Positions 35,778 to 44,152 of a stretch of 64,000 nucleotides of DNA are shown here, piece by piece. Both the position numbers and the translations under genes were made by a program. Source of the stretch: an uncultured Rhodospirillales bacterium. GTDB lineage: Bacteria > Pseudomonadota > Alphaproteobacteria > Acetobacterales > Acetobacteraceae. Where the stretch lies: the NCBI GenBank assembly GCA_903835235.1, contig CAILMF010000041.1, positions 7,733-71,732 on the forward strand. Direction: 5' to 3'. The notes under the pieces were generated by a model, which made no database searches, was not told the origin of the DNA, and worked only from the letters and a program-made list of their open reading frames with translations. Every line of letters starts with the position of its first letter. Position 1 is the stretch's first letter.

Positions 35778-37853
35778 ATGAGGCCTGGCTGGGCCTGGCT
35801 CGCCCTGCTGCTGGCCCTGGCCGCGCCGCTGCGGGCTGAGGAAATCCCCGCCAGCGGCAGCAATTTCGGCGGCGTCGGCCTGATCGAGACCCGCAACGCC
35901 CGGCTGCGGGAGGACGGCACGCTGGAGATCGGCACCGCCTGGCGCCGCCAGCGCGACTTCTGGTTCCTCAATATCCAGGCGCTGCCTTTCCTGGAGACCA
36001 CCTTCCGCCTGACCAACCGGCTGAACGGCACCACCGGCCGCGGCACCACGGTGGACCGCGCCTTCGACGCCAAGCTGCGCCTGCTGCGGGAAAGCCAGTG
36101 GCTGCCCGCCCTGGCGGTGGGCGTGCAGGACGCGGTCGGCACCGGAATCTACGGCGGCGAATACCTGGTGGCGTCCAAGCGCCTCGGCCCGGTGGACCTG
36201 ACGCTCGGCCTGGGCTGGGGCAGGCTGGGCACGGGCGCGGACCTGCCGAATATCGGCCTGCTTGGCAACCGCAGCCGCAGCGTCGGCCAGGGCGGCACGC
36301 CCAGCTTCGGCACCTATTTTCGCGGGCGGGATGTCGCGGTGTTCGGCGGTGCCGAATGGACGCTGCCGCCGCTATGGGGCGTGGCAGGCTTCCGCGCCAA
36401 GCTGGAATACAGCGGCGACGCGCTGCGCGACGAACGCGGCGGCTGGCCCGCCCGCACCTCTGGTCTGCGCGGCCGCGCCGCCAGCCGCTGGAATGCCGGG
36501 CTGCAATGGCAGGACGAGCACTTTGATATCGGCGCCCACTTCATCCACGGCACCGATGCGCTGCTGCGGATTTCGCTGCGGCTGGACGCGCATCGCCCGC
36601 CCAGCCTGCCGGTGGAAGTGCTGCCGCCGCTGCCGCCCCGCCCGGCGGCCGAGGCGCCGGACCCGACCCCGGCGGCGCTGGCCGCGCTGCGCCGCGCCGG
36701 GTTCCGCCCGCTGGCCTTCGCCATCCAGGGCGCCGAGGCGCGCGTGCTGGTCACTGGTGGTCGCTTCCGCCGGCTGTCCCAGGTGGCCGGCCGCGTTGCG
36801 CGCGCGCTGCAACCGGCCCTGCCGCCGCAGGTGGAGACGCTGCGCGTGGAATGGCAGCGCCAGGGGGTGACGACGGCGCGCCTGGTGGTGCTGCGCCAGG
36901 GCTTCGAAACCCCGCTGGCCAGCGCCGAGGAAGTGCTGGCCAGCGCCCGCCTGCTGCCGGCCGAGGACGCCCCCTGGCCGCCGCGCGCGAAGGCCGCGGC
37001 GCCCTGGCTGGCCAATGGAGTGGACTGGGGCATCGTGCCCCGCCTGCCGGTGCAACTCGGAGACCCCCATACCGGCGCCCGCTGGCAGCTCGCCGTTGCC
37101 GCCGGCGGTCGGGTCAGCCTGGGGGAGGGATTCGCCATCGCCGGCTCGCTCTCCCAGGCGGTGGCCGGCAATCTCGGCGGCGGGCTGCCCTCCAACAGCC
37201 TGCTGCCGCATGTCCGCAGCGATCTCGGCCGCTACGCCCGCGCCGGCAGCACCAGCATCCCCGCGCTGTATGCCGAACGCATCTGGACCCCGGCCGAGGA
37301 TATTTTTGCCCGCGTCACCGGCGGATTGCTGGAGCCGATGTTCGCCGGCATCTCCGGCGAGGCGCTGTGGCGGCCGGCGGCGCGCGGCTTCGCGCTGGGG
37401 CTGGACCTCAACTGGGTGCAGCAGCGCGACTACGGCCAGAAGCTGGCCCTGCGCCGCTACCAGGTCACCACCGGGCATCTCTCCGCCTATGCCGAACTGC
37501 CCTGGTTCGGCCTGTTCGGCGTGCTGCGCGGCGGGCGCTACCTGGCCGGGGACTGGGGCACCACCATCGAATTGGGCCGCCGGTTCGAGAACGGCATCGA
37601 GATCGGCGGCTTCGCCAGCTTCACCACGGCCGGCTTCCGCCGGTTCGGCGAAGGCAGCTTCGACAAGGGCATCTACCTGCGCATCCCGCTGGAGATCTTC
37701 GGCCCCGAGACCACTGCCAGCGCCGGCACCACGCTGCGCCCGGTGGTGCGGGATGGCGGCCAGCGCCTGGCGGTGGACAACCCGCTATGGGAGGTGACGC
37801 GCGACGGCCGCACCGAGGCGCTGGGGCGCGGCTACCTCGGTTTCCTGCGCTGA
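35778..37853 (+). CDS. YjbH/GfcD-family outer-membrane exopolysaccharide protein
   Basis: Track ORF of 691 aa with a signal peptide. SNFGGVGLIETRNARLREDG..., AFDAKLRLLRESQWLPALAVGVQDAVGTGIYGGEYLVASK and C-terminal GHLSAY...RYLAGDWGTTIELGRRF.NGIEIGGFAS...FGEGSFDKGIYLRIPL are collinear with E. coli YjbH as I remember it. Confidence 0.85.
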   Translation: MRPGWAWLALLLALAAPLRAEEIPASGSNFGGVGLIETRNARLREDGTLEIGTAWRRQRDFWFLNIQALPFLETTFRLTNRLNGTTGRGTTVDRAFDAKLRLLRESQWLPALAVGVQDAVGTGIYGGEYLVASKRLGPVDLTLGLGWGRLGTGADLPNIGLLGNRSRSVGQGGTPSFGTYFRGRDVAVFGGAEWTLPPLWGVAGFRAKLEYSGDALRDERGGWPARTSGLRGRAASRWNAGLQWQDEHFDIGAHFIHGTDALLRISLRLDAHRPPSLPVEVLPPLPPRPAAEAPDPTPAALAALRRAGFRPLAFAIQGAEARVLVTGGRFRRLSQVAGRVARALQPALPPQVETLRVEWQRQGVTTARLVVLRQGFETPLASAEEVLASARLLPAEDAPWPPRAKAAAPWLANGVDWGIVPRLPVQLGDPHTGARWQLAVAAGGRVSLGEGFAIAGSLSQAVAGNLGGGLPSNSLLPHVRSDLGRYARAGSTSIPALYAERIWTPAEDIFARVTGGLLEPMFAGISGEALWRPAARGFALGLDLNWVQQRDYGQKLALRRYQVTTGHLSAYAELPWFGLFGVLRGGRYLAGDWGTTIELGRRFENGIEIGGFASFTTAGFRRFGEGSFDKGIYLRIPLEIFGPETTASAGTTLRPVVRDGGQRLAVDNPLWEVTRDGRTEALGRGYLGFLR

Positions 37854-37903
37854 GGCACGGGGCTGCTTGCGGGAAGCGCCGGGCCGGGGCACACCGCGCG
37901 CCG

Positions 37904-38965
37904 ATGCAGCTCCAAGCCCTTGCCCAGCACCTGGCATTCGCGCTCCTGCTTGCCGGGATCTCCGCGCTGGCCGTCCGCGCCATGATCCGCTGGCCGATCC
38001 TGGACGACCCGGCGCGCCGGGCGGCCACGGCGCATACCCGGCCCACGCCGAAGGGCGGTGGGGTCGGCGTGGTGCTGGCCTTCGTGCTGGGCATGCTGGT
38101 GCTCTACGCCCAGGCCAACTACGCGCGCCTGGCCGGGCCGCAATTCCTCGGCGTGATCCTGGCCGCCGTCGCCATGGCGGGCGTGGCGCTGGCCGATGAC
38201 GTGAAGGATTTCCGCTTCGTCGTGAAGCTGGTGGCCCAGGCGGGCGCGGCGCTGGTGGCGCTGGCCAGCGGGCTGGTGCTGGAACGCCTCTCGCTGCCCT
38301 GGATCGGGGTAGTGGAACTGGGCTGGCTGGGCTGGGTGCTCACGCTGTTCTGGATTCTCGGCTGCACCAACGCCGTCAACTTCATGGACGGGCTGGACGG
38401 CCTGGTGGGCGGCGCGGTCCTCATTGCCTGCGCCGCGCTGGCGGTCATCGCGGCCGGACAGGGCGGCTGGTTCGTCTATGCCGCGGCGCTGTTCCTGGCC
38501 GCGGGCTTCGCCGGCTTCCTGCCGTTCAACCTGAACCCCGCGCGCATCTTCATGGGCGATGTGGGCGCGCAGTTCGCCGGCTTCGTGCTGGCGGTGCTGG
38601 CGGTGGCGGCGGCGGGGTTCGACAGCAACCAGATCAGCTTCCTGGTCGTGCCGCTGCTGCTGTTCGGCCTGCTGTTCGACGCCTGCTTCACCCTGGCCCG
38701 CCGCGCCCTGATGCGGGAACGGATCAGCCAGCCGCACCGCACCCACCTGTACCAGCTGGCGCATCGCAGCGGCCTGCACCCGCGCGGCGTGGCGATGGCG
38801 CATTGGGGGTTTGCGCTGTTCCAGGCCGACCTGGCGGCGATTTTCCTGAAACTGCCGCCGTCTTGGAAACCCTTCATCGTGCTGCCGGCGCTGGCGGTGC
38901 AATTGGCCTGGACGCTCTATGTGCGGCGCCGCATGCGCCGCGCCGGGCTGGGCTGGCAGGGCTAG
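37904..38965 (+). CDS. polytopic phosphoglycosyl transferase, glycosyltransferase family 4 (WecA/MraY-like)
   Basis: Track ORF 36851..38965 trimmed to ATG 37904, giving 353 aa. PTPKGGGVGVV, LADDVKDF, NAVNFMDGLDGL and PARIFMGDVG are the MraY/WecA family motifs. Confidence 0.85.
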   Translation: MQLQALAQHLAFALLLAGISALAVRAMIRWPILDDPARRAATAHTRPTPKGGGVGVVLAFVLGMLVLYAQANYARLAGPQFLGVILAAVAMAGVALADDVKDFRFVVKLVAQAGAALVALASGLVLERLSLPWIGVVELGWLGWVLTLFWILGCTNAVNFMDGLDGLVGGAVLIACAALAVIAAGQGGWFVYAAALFLAAGFAGFLPFNLNPARIFMGDVGAQFAGFVLAVLAVAAAGFDSNQISFLVVPLLLFGLLFDACFTLARRALMRERISQPHRTHLYQLAHRSGLHPRGVAMAHWGFALFQADLAAIFLKLPPSWKPFIVLPALAVQLAWTLYVRRRMRRAGLGWQG

Positions 38966-39011
38966 AGCAATATCCGTTCTGATGGGATCATCAGAACGGA
39001 TTTCTTGCTCT
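38964..39011. repeat. palindromic intergenic element copy 1 (12-bp perfect inner stem ATCCGTTCTGAT/ATCAGAACGGAT inside an AGAGCAA...TTGCTCT outer stem)
   Basis: Read directly. It lies immediately 3' of the GT4 gene. About 39/47 nt are identical, with compensatory stem changes, to the inverted copy at 47009-47042 and its flanks. Confidence 0.7.
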
Positions 39012-39037
39012 GCAATCTATTGGATCAACAGCACGAA

Positions 39038-39068
39038 ATCCGCTCACACTGATTCAGTGTGAGCGGAT
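39038..39068. repeat. 14-bp perfect hairpin ATCCGCTCACACTG-att-CAGTGTGAGCGGAT (loop carries GATTC)
   Basis: Read directly. It lies 3' of the convergent yjbF-like gene and probably acts as its terminator or stabiliser. Confidence 0.6.
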
Positions 39069-39119
39069 GGTGCTGAGTTTCCCGCCTCCCCCGCGCCAGA
39101 CGGCCCGGCGGCGATCCAC

Positions 39120-39788
39120 TCAGCTGGCGGGGCTGAGTTCCTCCAGCCGCAGCGCCGGCAGGTTCGGCCCGATCCACTGTTCGCTGCGCAGCACCGCGCC
39201 GGTCTCGGCATCGGCCCAGAAGCGGTTGGTGAACTCGGCCAACTGCGGGCTGGTGCAGCGTTCCTCCACCAGCAGCGTGCCGGCATCCTCCGGCACTGGG
39301 CGTGCCCGCAGCCGGCAGTCCAGCCGCAGGCCGAACCGCATGCCCCCGGGCTGCCGGTCGGCGGCGCCGATATCGACCTGGCGCCGCAGGCTGCGGCCGC
39401 GTTCCACCAGCGCCCTGGGGTCGGCCAGCGGGTCCGCGCCTTCCTGGTGGCTGGCGGTCAGCGCCTGGCTCAGCCCGGCGGTGGCCACCACCCGCGCGCC
39501 ATCCGTCGCCACCGCGAAGCCGCCGGGCGTGCGCCACAGCCGGCGCTCGCCCGTCGCCTGCACCAGCATGGCATGCGCCCGCCGGCTGCCCAGCCACAGC
39601 CGCAACGCCGCGCCGTCCGGCTCCGGCGGTTCGGCCCGGCGGTCGAAGCCGGCGCCGGTCAGCAGGGTCTCCGCCTCGGCAATGCCGGGCAGGCTCTCCT
39701 GCGCCTCCCGCCAGGTGGCACGCAGGCTTGGCGGGTTGATGTTGCAGGCGGCCAGCAGCAGCAGGCAGGGCAGGGTCCGGAAGCGCAT
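39120..39788 (-). CDS. YjbF/GfcB-family lipoprotein
   Basis: C-terminal part of track ORF 39120..40631, starting at ATG 39788 (MRFRTLPCLLLLAACN lipobox), 222 aa. VATDGARVVATAGLSQ and EFTNRFWADAETGAVLRSEQWIGPNLP resemble E. coli YjbF (NGRLVKTVGL, FTNTFW...Q.LGP) as I remember it. Confidence 0.65.
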   Translation of the reverse strand: MRFRTLPCLLLLAACNINPPSLRATWREAQESLPGIAEAETLLTGAGFDRRAEPPEPDGAALRLWLGSRRAHAMLVQATGERRLWRTPGGFAVATDGARVVATAGLSQALTASHQEGADPLADPRALVERGRSLRRQVDIGAADRQPGGMRFGLRLDCRLRARPVPEDAGTLLVEERCTSPQLAEFTNRFWADAETGAVLRSEQWIGPNLPALRLEELSPAS

Positions 39789-39853
39789 GCCGGCAGCGTA
39801 ACAGCCACCGGCAGTTGCGGCGAGGCCTTGCTGCGCTAACGCGGGCCGCGTCT

Positions 39854-41869
39854 TCAGGCCGCCGCCGGCGCGCCCTTGCCCTTCCACTGCCAGCCCACCA
39901 GGGCCAGCGCCAGGATGATGCCCAGCACATGCGGCACCGGCACCACGCCCACGCCGAGGATGCCATCCACCAGTGCCGGGAAGATCATCATCAGCCCGGC
40001 GACGGCCATGGCCACACGCTCCCACCCCGCCATGGCGACGCGCAAAAAGCCTTGGCAGGCCGCGGCCAGCGCCGCCAGCCCGGCGGCGGCCAGGAAGATC
40101 TGCCAGCCGATATCCGCGCCGGTCAGCCCCGGCTTGCTGCCCAGCAGCAGCGCCACGCCCTCGGGGTCGGTGACGAAGACGAAGGGCAGGATGAAGGCCG
40201 GCAGCGTGTACTTCCACGCCTGCAGGGTGGTGCGGTACGGGCCTGCCCCGGTAATGGCGGCAGCGGCGAAGGGGCTGAGCGCCGTCGGCGGCGACACTTC
40301 CGAGAGGACCGCGTAGTAGAAGACGAACATGTGCGCGGCATAATCCGGCACGCCCAGCTTGATCAGTGCCGGCGCCGCGACCACGGCACAGATGATGTAC
40401 GAAGCCGTCACCGGCACCGCCAACCCCACCACCCAGACGATCAGCGCGGTATACAGCGCGGTGATGAGCAGCGAGCCACCGGCCGCCTGGATCGCGATCT
40501 CGGAGAATTTCAGCCCCAGCCCGGTCAGCGTGATGACGCCGACGATGATGCCGGCACAGGCGCAGGTGGCGGCGATGCCGACGCTCTGCACCGCGCCCGA
40601 CGCCAGCGTTTCCATCAGCTTCATCGGCCACAGCGCCGAAGCCCGGGTCAGGAAGCTCAGCACCACCGCAACGCCCATGGCGTAGAGCACCGACATGGTG
40701 GGCGAGAAGCCCCAGATCATGAAGATGATGATCGCCAGCAGCGAGGAGAAGTGGAAGCCGTACTTTTTCGTGAGTGCCCAGGCGCTCTCCACCGCCATGG
40801 GTTCTTCCGCGCGCCCGAGCGCGCCGATGCGGCGCTGGTCCAGCTCCACCATGAACAGCAGGCTGGCGTAGTAGAGCACGGTCGGCACCGCGGCCATGCG
40901 CAGCACCTCCAGGTAGGAAATCTTCAGGTACTCGGCGATGAGGAACGCCGCCGCGCCCAGCACCGGCGGGGAGATGATGGCCCCCAGCCCGCCTGCCGCC
41001 AGCAAGCCGCCGGCGTCATCCGCGCGGTAGCCGACGCGCTTCATCATCGGCCAGGCCACCGTGCCCAGTGTGACCGTGGTGGCCACGCCGGAGCCGCTGG
41101 GACCACCGAGCAGGAAGGAGGACAGCACCACGGTGCGCCCGGCCGAAGCCGCCTTGCCACCGGTGGCGGCAAAGGAAAAATCCACGAAGAACTTGCCGGC
41201 GCCGCTGGCCTGCAAAATCGCCCCGTAGATGGTGAACAGGATGATGATGGACGACGACACATCCACCGCCGGGCCGAAGATGCCATCCAGCGTGATGGTG
41301 ATGTGCGGGATCAGCCGCACCTCGTCATAGCCCTGGTGGCGCCACGGCGGCGGCAGGTGGTTGCCGAAGAAGGCATAGGCCAGGAAGCACAGCGAGACGA
41401 TCGGCATGACCCAGCCGGTGGAGCGCCTGGTCACTTCCAGCACCAGCACCACCAGCGCCCAGCCCACCACCAGGTCCATCGGTTCCGGGAAGACATAACG
41501 GTCCAGCAGGTCGTCGCCGCCGGCGATCAGGTAGTAAACGACGTAGAGGCCGGAGGCGATCAGCGCATAGTCCCACGGCATCAGCCGGTTGCGGAACCGC
41601 TTGGCCACCGGGAACAGCAGGAAGCCCAGCACCAGCGCGAAGCCGACATGCACGAAGCGCAGCGTCGTCGTCGGCACAATGTCGTAGGCCGCCCACAGGT
41701 GGAACAGCGCCATGGCCAGCGCCACCAGCAGCGCCACCCAGCGCAACACGCCGGTGAAGCGATGCTGCGCGCCCTCCTCCTCCTCGATCAGCGCCTCCAC
41801 CCGGGCGGCGGTGGCTTCATCAAGCGCACCAGGCGCGATCTCCGGCGGTAGGACGGAATGGCTGGACAT
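39854..41869 (-). CDS. TRAP transporter fused 4TM/12TM permease (TAXI-type system)
   Basis: Track ORF 39854..41941. I prefer ATG 41869, which has GAGGA 11 nt upstream. It is a large polytopic protein with the DctQ-like/DctM-like fusion layout typical of TAXI-TRAP permeases. Confidence 0.9.
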   Translation of the reverse strand: MSSHSVLPPEIAPGALDEATAARVEALIEEEEGAQHRFTGVLRWVALLVALAMALFHLWAAYDIVPTTTLRFVHVGFALVLGFLLFPVAKRFRNRLMPWDYALIASGLYVVYYLIAGGDDLLDRYVFPEPMDLVVGWALVVLVLEVTRRSTGWVMPIVSLCFLAYAFFGNHLPPPWRHQGYDEVRLIPHITITLDGIFGPAVDVSSSIIILFTIYGAILQASGAGKFFVDFSFAATGGKAASAGRTVVLSSFLLGGPSGSGVATTVTLGTVAWPMMKRVGYRADDAGGLLAAGGLGAIISPPVLGAAAFLIAEYLKISYLEVLRMAAVPTVLYYASLLFMVELDQRRIGALGRAEEPMAVESAWALTKKYGFHFSSLLAIIIFMIWGFSPTMSVLYAMGVAVVLSFLTRASALWPMKLMETLASGAVQSVGIAATCACAGIIVGVITLTGLGLKFSEIAIQAAGGSLLITALYTALIVWVVGLAVPVTASYIICAVVAAPALIKLGVPDYAAHMFVFYYAVLSEVSPPTALSPFAAAAITGAGPYRTTLQAWKYTLPAFILPFVFVTDPEGVALLLGSKPGLTGADIGWQIFLAAAGLAALAAACQGFLRVAMAGWERVAMAVAGLMMIFPALVDGILGVGVVPVPHVLGIILALALVGWQWKGKGAPAAA

Positions 41870-42110
41870 GCCGGTGGTATCCTCGGTGGTCTGGCTGAAC
41901 GAACGCCGCCTGGGGGGGGCGACCTCCCCGGGCGGCGTCATAGTCTGGCTGGAGCGAAGGCGGCTGAAGCGGGGGGCGGGCAGGTGGCTGCGCCCGTGGT
42001 TTCGCCGGCGCCCTGCCCATGGTTCCGGCCCCGGGCAGCCCCTGCCGCGAAACCGCCATACAAGGCGCCGCCGGCGCCCGGCTCGCCCGGGTTTCGGCGG
42101 CGCGCCCTGG

Positions 42111-43076
42111 CTACAGCGAGGCGCCCTGGCGCTTCCAGAAGGCTTCCGCCGCGGGGTGCCAGGGCACGCCGGCCGCCGCCGTCTTCTGCCCGGCCAGGGT
42201 GAAGTTGCGGGCTTCGGCGTGCACCTGCTCCAGCTCGGCCTTGGCCTTCCAGGTGGTCTCCAGCATCTGCGTCACCAGCGCATCCGGCATGGTGTCCAGC
42301 ACGGCGATGATGTTGGCCACGCTCATCTGGTGGTTGTCCACGGTCTGGCCGGGGTAGGTATTGGCCGGGATCACCTCCGGGAAGTACACTGGGCCGTACT
42401 TCTCCACGATCTTCGGGATGTACTGCGCGTGGTCGACCATGCGCAGCGTGATGCCAGGCGATGCCCCGAGGTCGGTGATGGCGCTGGTCGGAATGCCCGA
42501 GACGAAGAAATACGCGTCCAGCTTGCCGTCCTTGATCGCATTCGTCCCCTCGGCCGGTGAAAGCCGTTCGCGGGCGCGAAAATCCTTGTCCTTGTCGATG
42601 CCGGCGGCTTCCAGCAGGCGGAAGGCCATGATCTCGGTGGCGGAACCCGGGGCGCCGGTGGCCACGCGCTTGCCCTTCATGCCCTCGATGCTGGTGATGC
42701 CGCTGGCCGTGGTGGTCACCACCTGCATGCGGTTGGTGTAGATCACCGCAATCGCCCGCACCTTCACCGGCCGGCCGCGGAAGCGCTCGGCGCCGTTCAC
42801 CGCATCCACGCTGGCATCGACCTGGCTGAAGATCATGCCGACGCGGCCGGCGCCCAGCAGCTGGTTGTTCGCCACGCTGCCGCCGGTGGTCTCCACCGTG
42901 GCACTCATGCCCGGGATGTTGCGGCTGAGGATATTGGCCAGCCCCCCGCCCAGCGGGTAGTACACGCCGCCCGTGGTGCCGGTGGCGATGGCGAGCTGCG
43001 TGCCCTGGGCGCGGGCTGCCGGCGCGCCCAGCAGCAGGGCAGGGGTCGCAAGGGCAAGGCGGCGGTTGATCAGCAT
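42111..43076 (-). CDS. TAXI-family TRAP transporter solute-binding protein
   Basis: Track ORF 42111..43190 trimmed to ATG 43076, with GGGAGGA upstream. Signal peptide, then IATGTTGGVYYPLGGGLANIL...ETTGGSVANNQLL...GKRVATGAPGSATE, the TAXI signature. Confidence 0.9.
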   Translation of the reverse strand: MLINRRLALATPALLLGAPAARAQGTQLAIATGTTGGVYYPLGGGLANILSRNIPGMSATVETTGGSVANNQLLGAGRVGMIFSQVDASVDAVNGAERFRGRPVKVRAIAVIYTNRMQVVTTTASGITSIEGMKGKRVATGAPGSATEIMAFRLLEAAGIDKDKDFRARERLSPAEGTNAIKDGKLDAYFFVSGIPTSAITDLGASPGITLRMVDHAQYIPKIVEKYGPVYFPEVIPANTYPGQTVDNHQMSVANIIAVLDTMPDALVTQMLETTWKAKAELEQVHAEARNFTLAGQKTAAAGVPWHPAAEAFWKRQGASL

Positions 43077-43219
43077 GGCGGGTCCTCCCGGAAACGGCTT
43101 GGCCGACAGATAGCGGCGCACCCCCTGGCGGGAAAGCGCAATCGCCACGGCTTGCGCTGGCGCAAGGCGCCCGCCCTGCCGGCGTGGCAAGCATGCCGCA
43201 GCTTTGCAGGAGGTCTGCC

Positions 43220-43918
43220 ATGAACAAGCTTACCGCCCGAGACCTGATGACGGTCGATGTCGTTACCGTGCCGCCGGAGACCCCGGTGGTCGCGATGGCG
43301 CGGCTGCTCTCCGAACGCGGCATTTCCGCCGTGCCGGTGATGGACAGGGAAGGTGCCGTGCTCGGCATCGTCACCGAAGCCGACCTGATCCGCCGCCTGG
43401 CCGGCGAGGAGGACAAGCCCGCCGGCTGGCTCAGCAGCCTGTTCGCCGACCCGGGCGAGCAGGCCGAGCGCTATGCCCGCACCCACGGCGCCAGCGCGCG
43501 GGACGTGATGACCGAGGAGGTGGTGACGGTGGCCGAGGACACCACCGCCGCCCACATCGCCCACCTGATGGAGACCAGGCATATCCGCCGCGTGCTGGTG
43601 GTGACCGGGGGCAAGCTGCGCGGCCTTGTTTCCCGGGCCGACCTGCTGCGAGCCCTGGTGGCGCCGCCGCCGAGCGACGCCGACCTGAGCGACGAGCGCA
43701 TCCGCCTGGCGGTGCTGGCGGCGATGAAGAAAGAGCCCTGGGCCGATACCTTCTACACCCTGGTGGAGGTGAAGGACGGCACGGTGGAGTTCCACGGCTT
43801 CATGCGGACCGAGGCGGTGCGGCGCGGCCTGCGCGTGCTGGCCGAGAACATCCCCGGCGTGAAGGCCGTGGTCGACCGGACCGAGATGATGCCGACCTAC
43901 CTGTACGCGGCGGCCTGA
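43220..43918 (+). CDS. CBS-pair plus BON domain protein
   Basis: Track ORF 43184..43918 trimmed to ATG 43220, with GGAGG upstream. Two CBS motifs (LTARDLMTVDVVTV...ISAVPVMD, ARDVMTEEVVTV...RRVLVV) and a C-terminal BON-like segment (VEVKDGTVEFHGFMRTEAVRRGLRVLAENIPGVKAVVD). Confidence 0.8.
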   Translation: MNKLTARDLMTVDVVTVPPETPVVAMARLLSERGISAVPVMDREGAVLGIVTEADLIRRLAGEEDKPAGWLSSLFADPGEQAERYARTHGASARDVMTEEVVTVAEDTTAAHIAHLMETRHIRRVLVVTGGKLRGLVSRADLLRALVAPPPSDADLSDERIRLAVLAAMKKEPWADTFYTLVEVKDGTVEFHGFMRTEAVRRGLRVLAENIPGVKAVVDRTEMMPTYLYAAA

Positions 43919-43924
43919 GCGGCG

Positions 43925-43958
43925 GCCTGCGGGGTGCGGAGCGCCGCGCCCCGCAGGC
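43925..43958 (+). terminator. 10-bp GC hairpin (GCCTGCGGGG...CCCCGCAGGC) 3' of the CBS-BON gene
   Basis: Read directly. There is no U-tract. Confidence 0.4.
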
Positions 43959-44152
43959 CGGGTCGGGCTGTCATAAATGAGCAATGCGCATTCGCTAATT
44001 CAGCAAAGAAACTGCCAAAAACAAATCATTAACATCGCGTTGATCGCTTGGTGAACGATCCGTAATAGCGCTCATCAACCTCCCGAAATACCCGGCACCG
44101 CCGTTCCGGCGGGGCCGCCGTATTGTCACGGGCACAGGCGGAGAGCGAAGCG

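Noticed and set aside
39815-41851. 678-aa + strand ORF
   Set aside because: Antisense shadow of the TRAP fused permease. It is rich in R/H/D/Q/G, unlike any transporter or enzyme.
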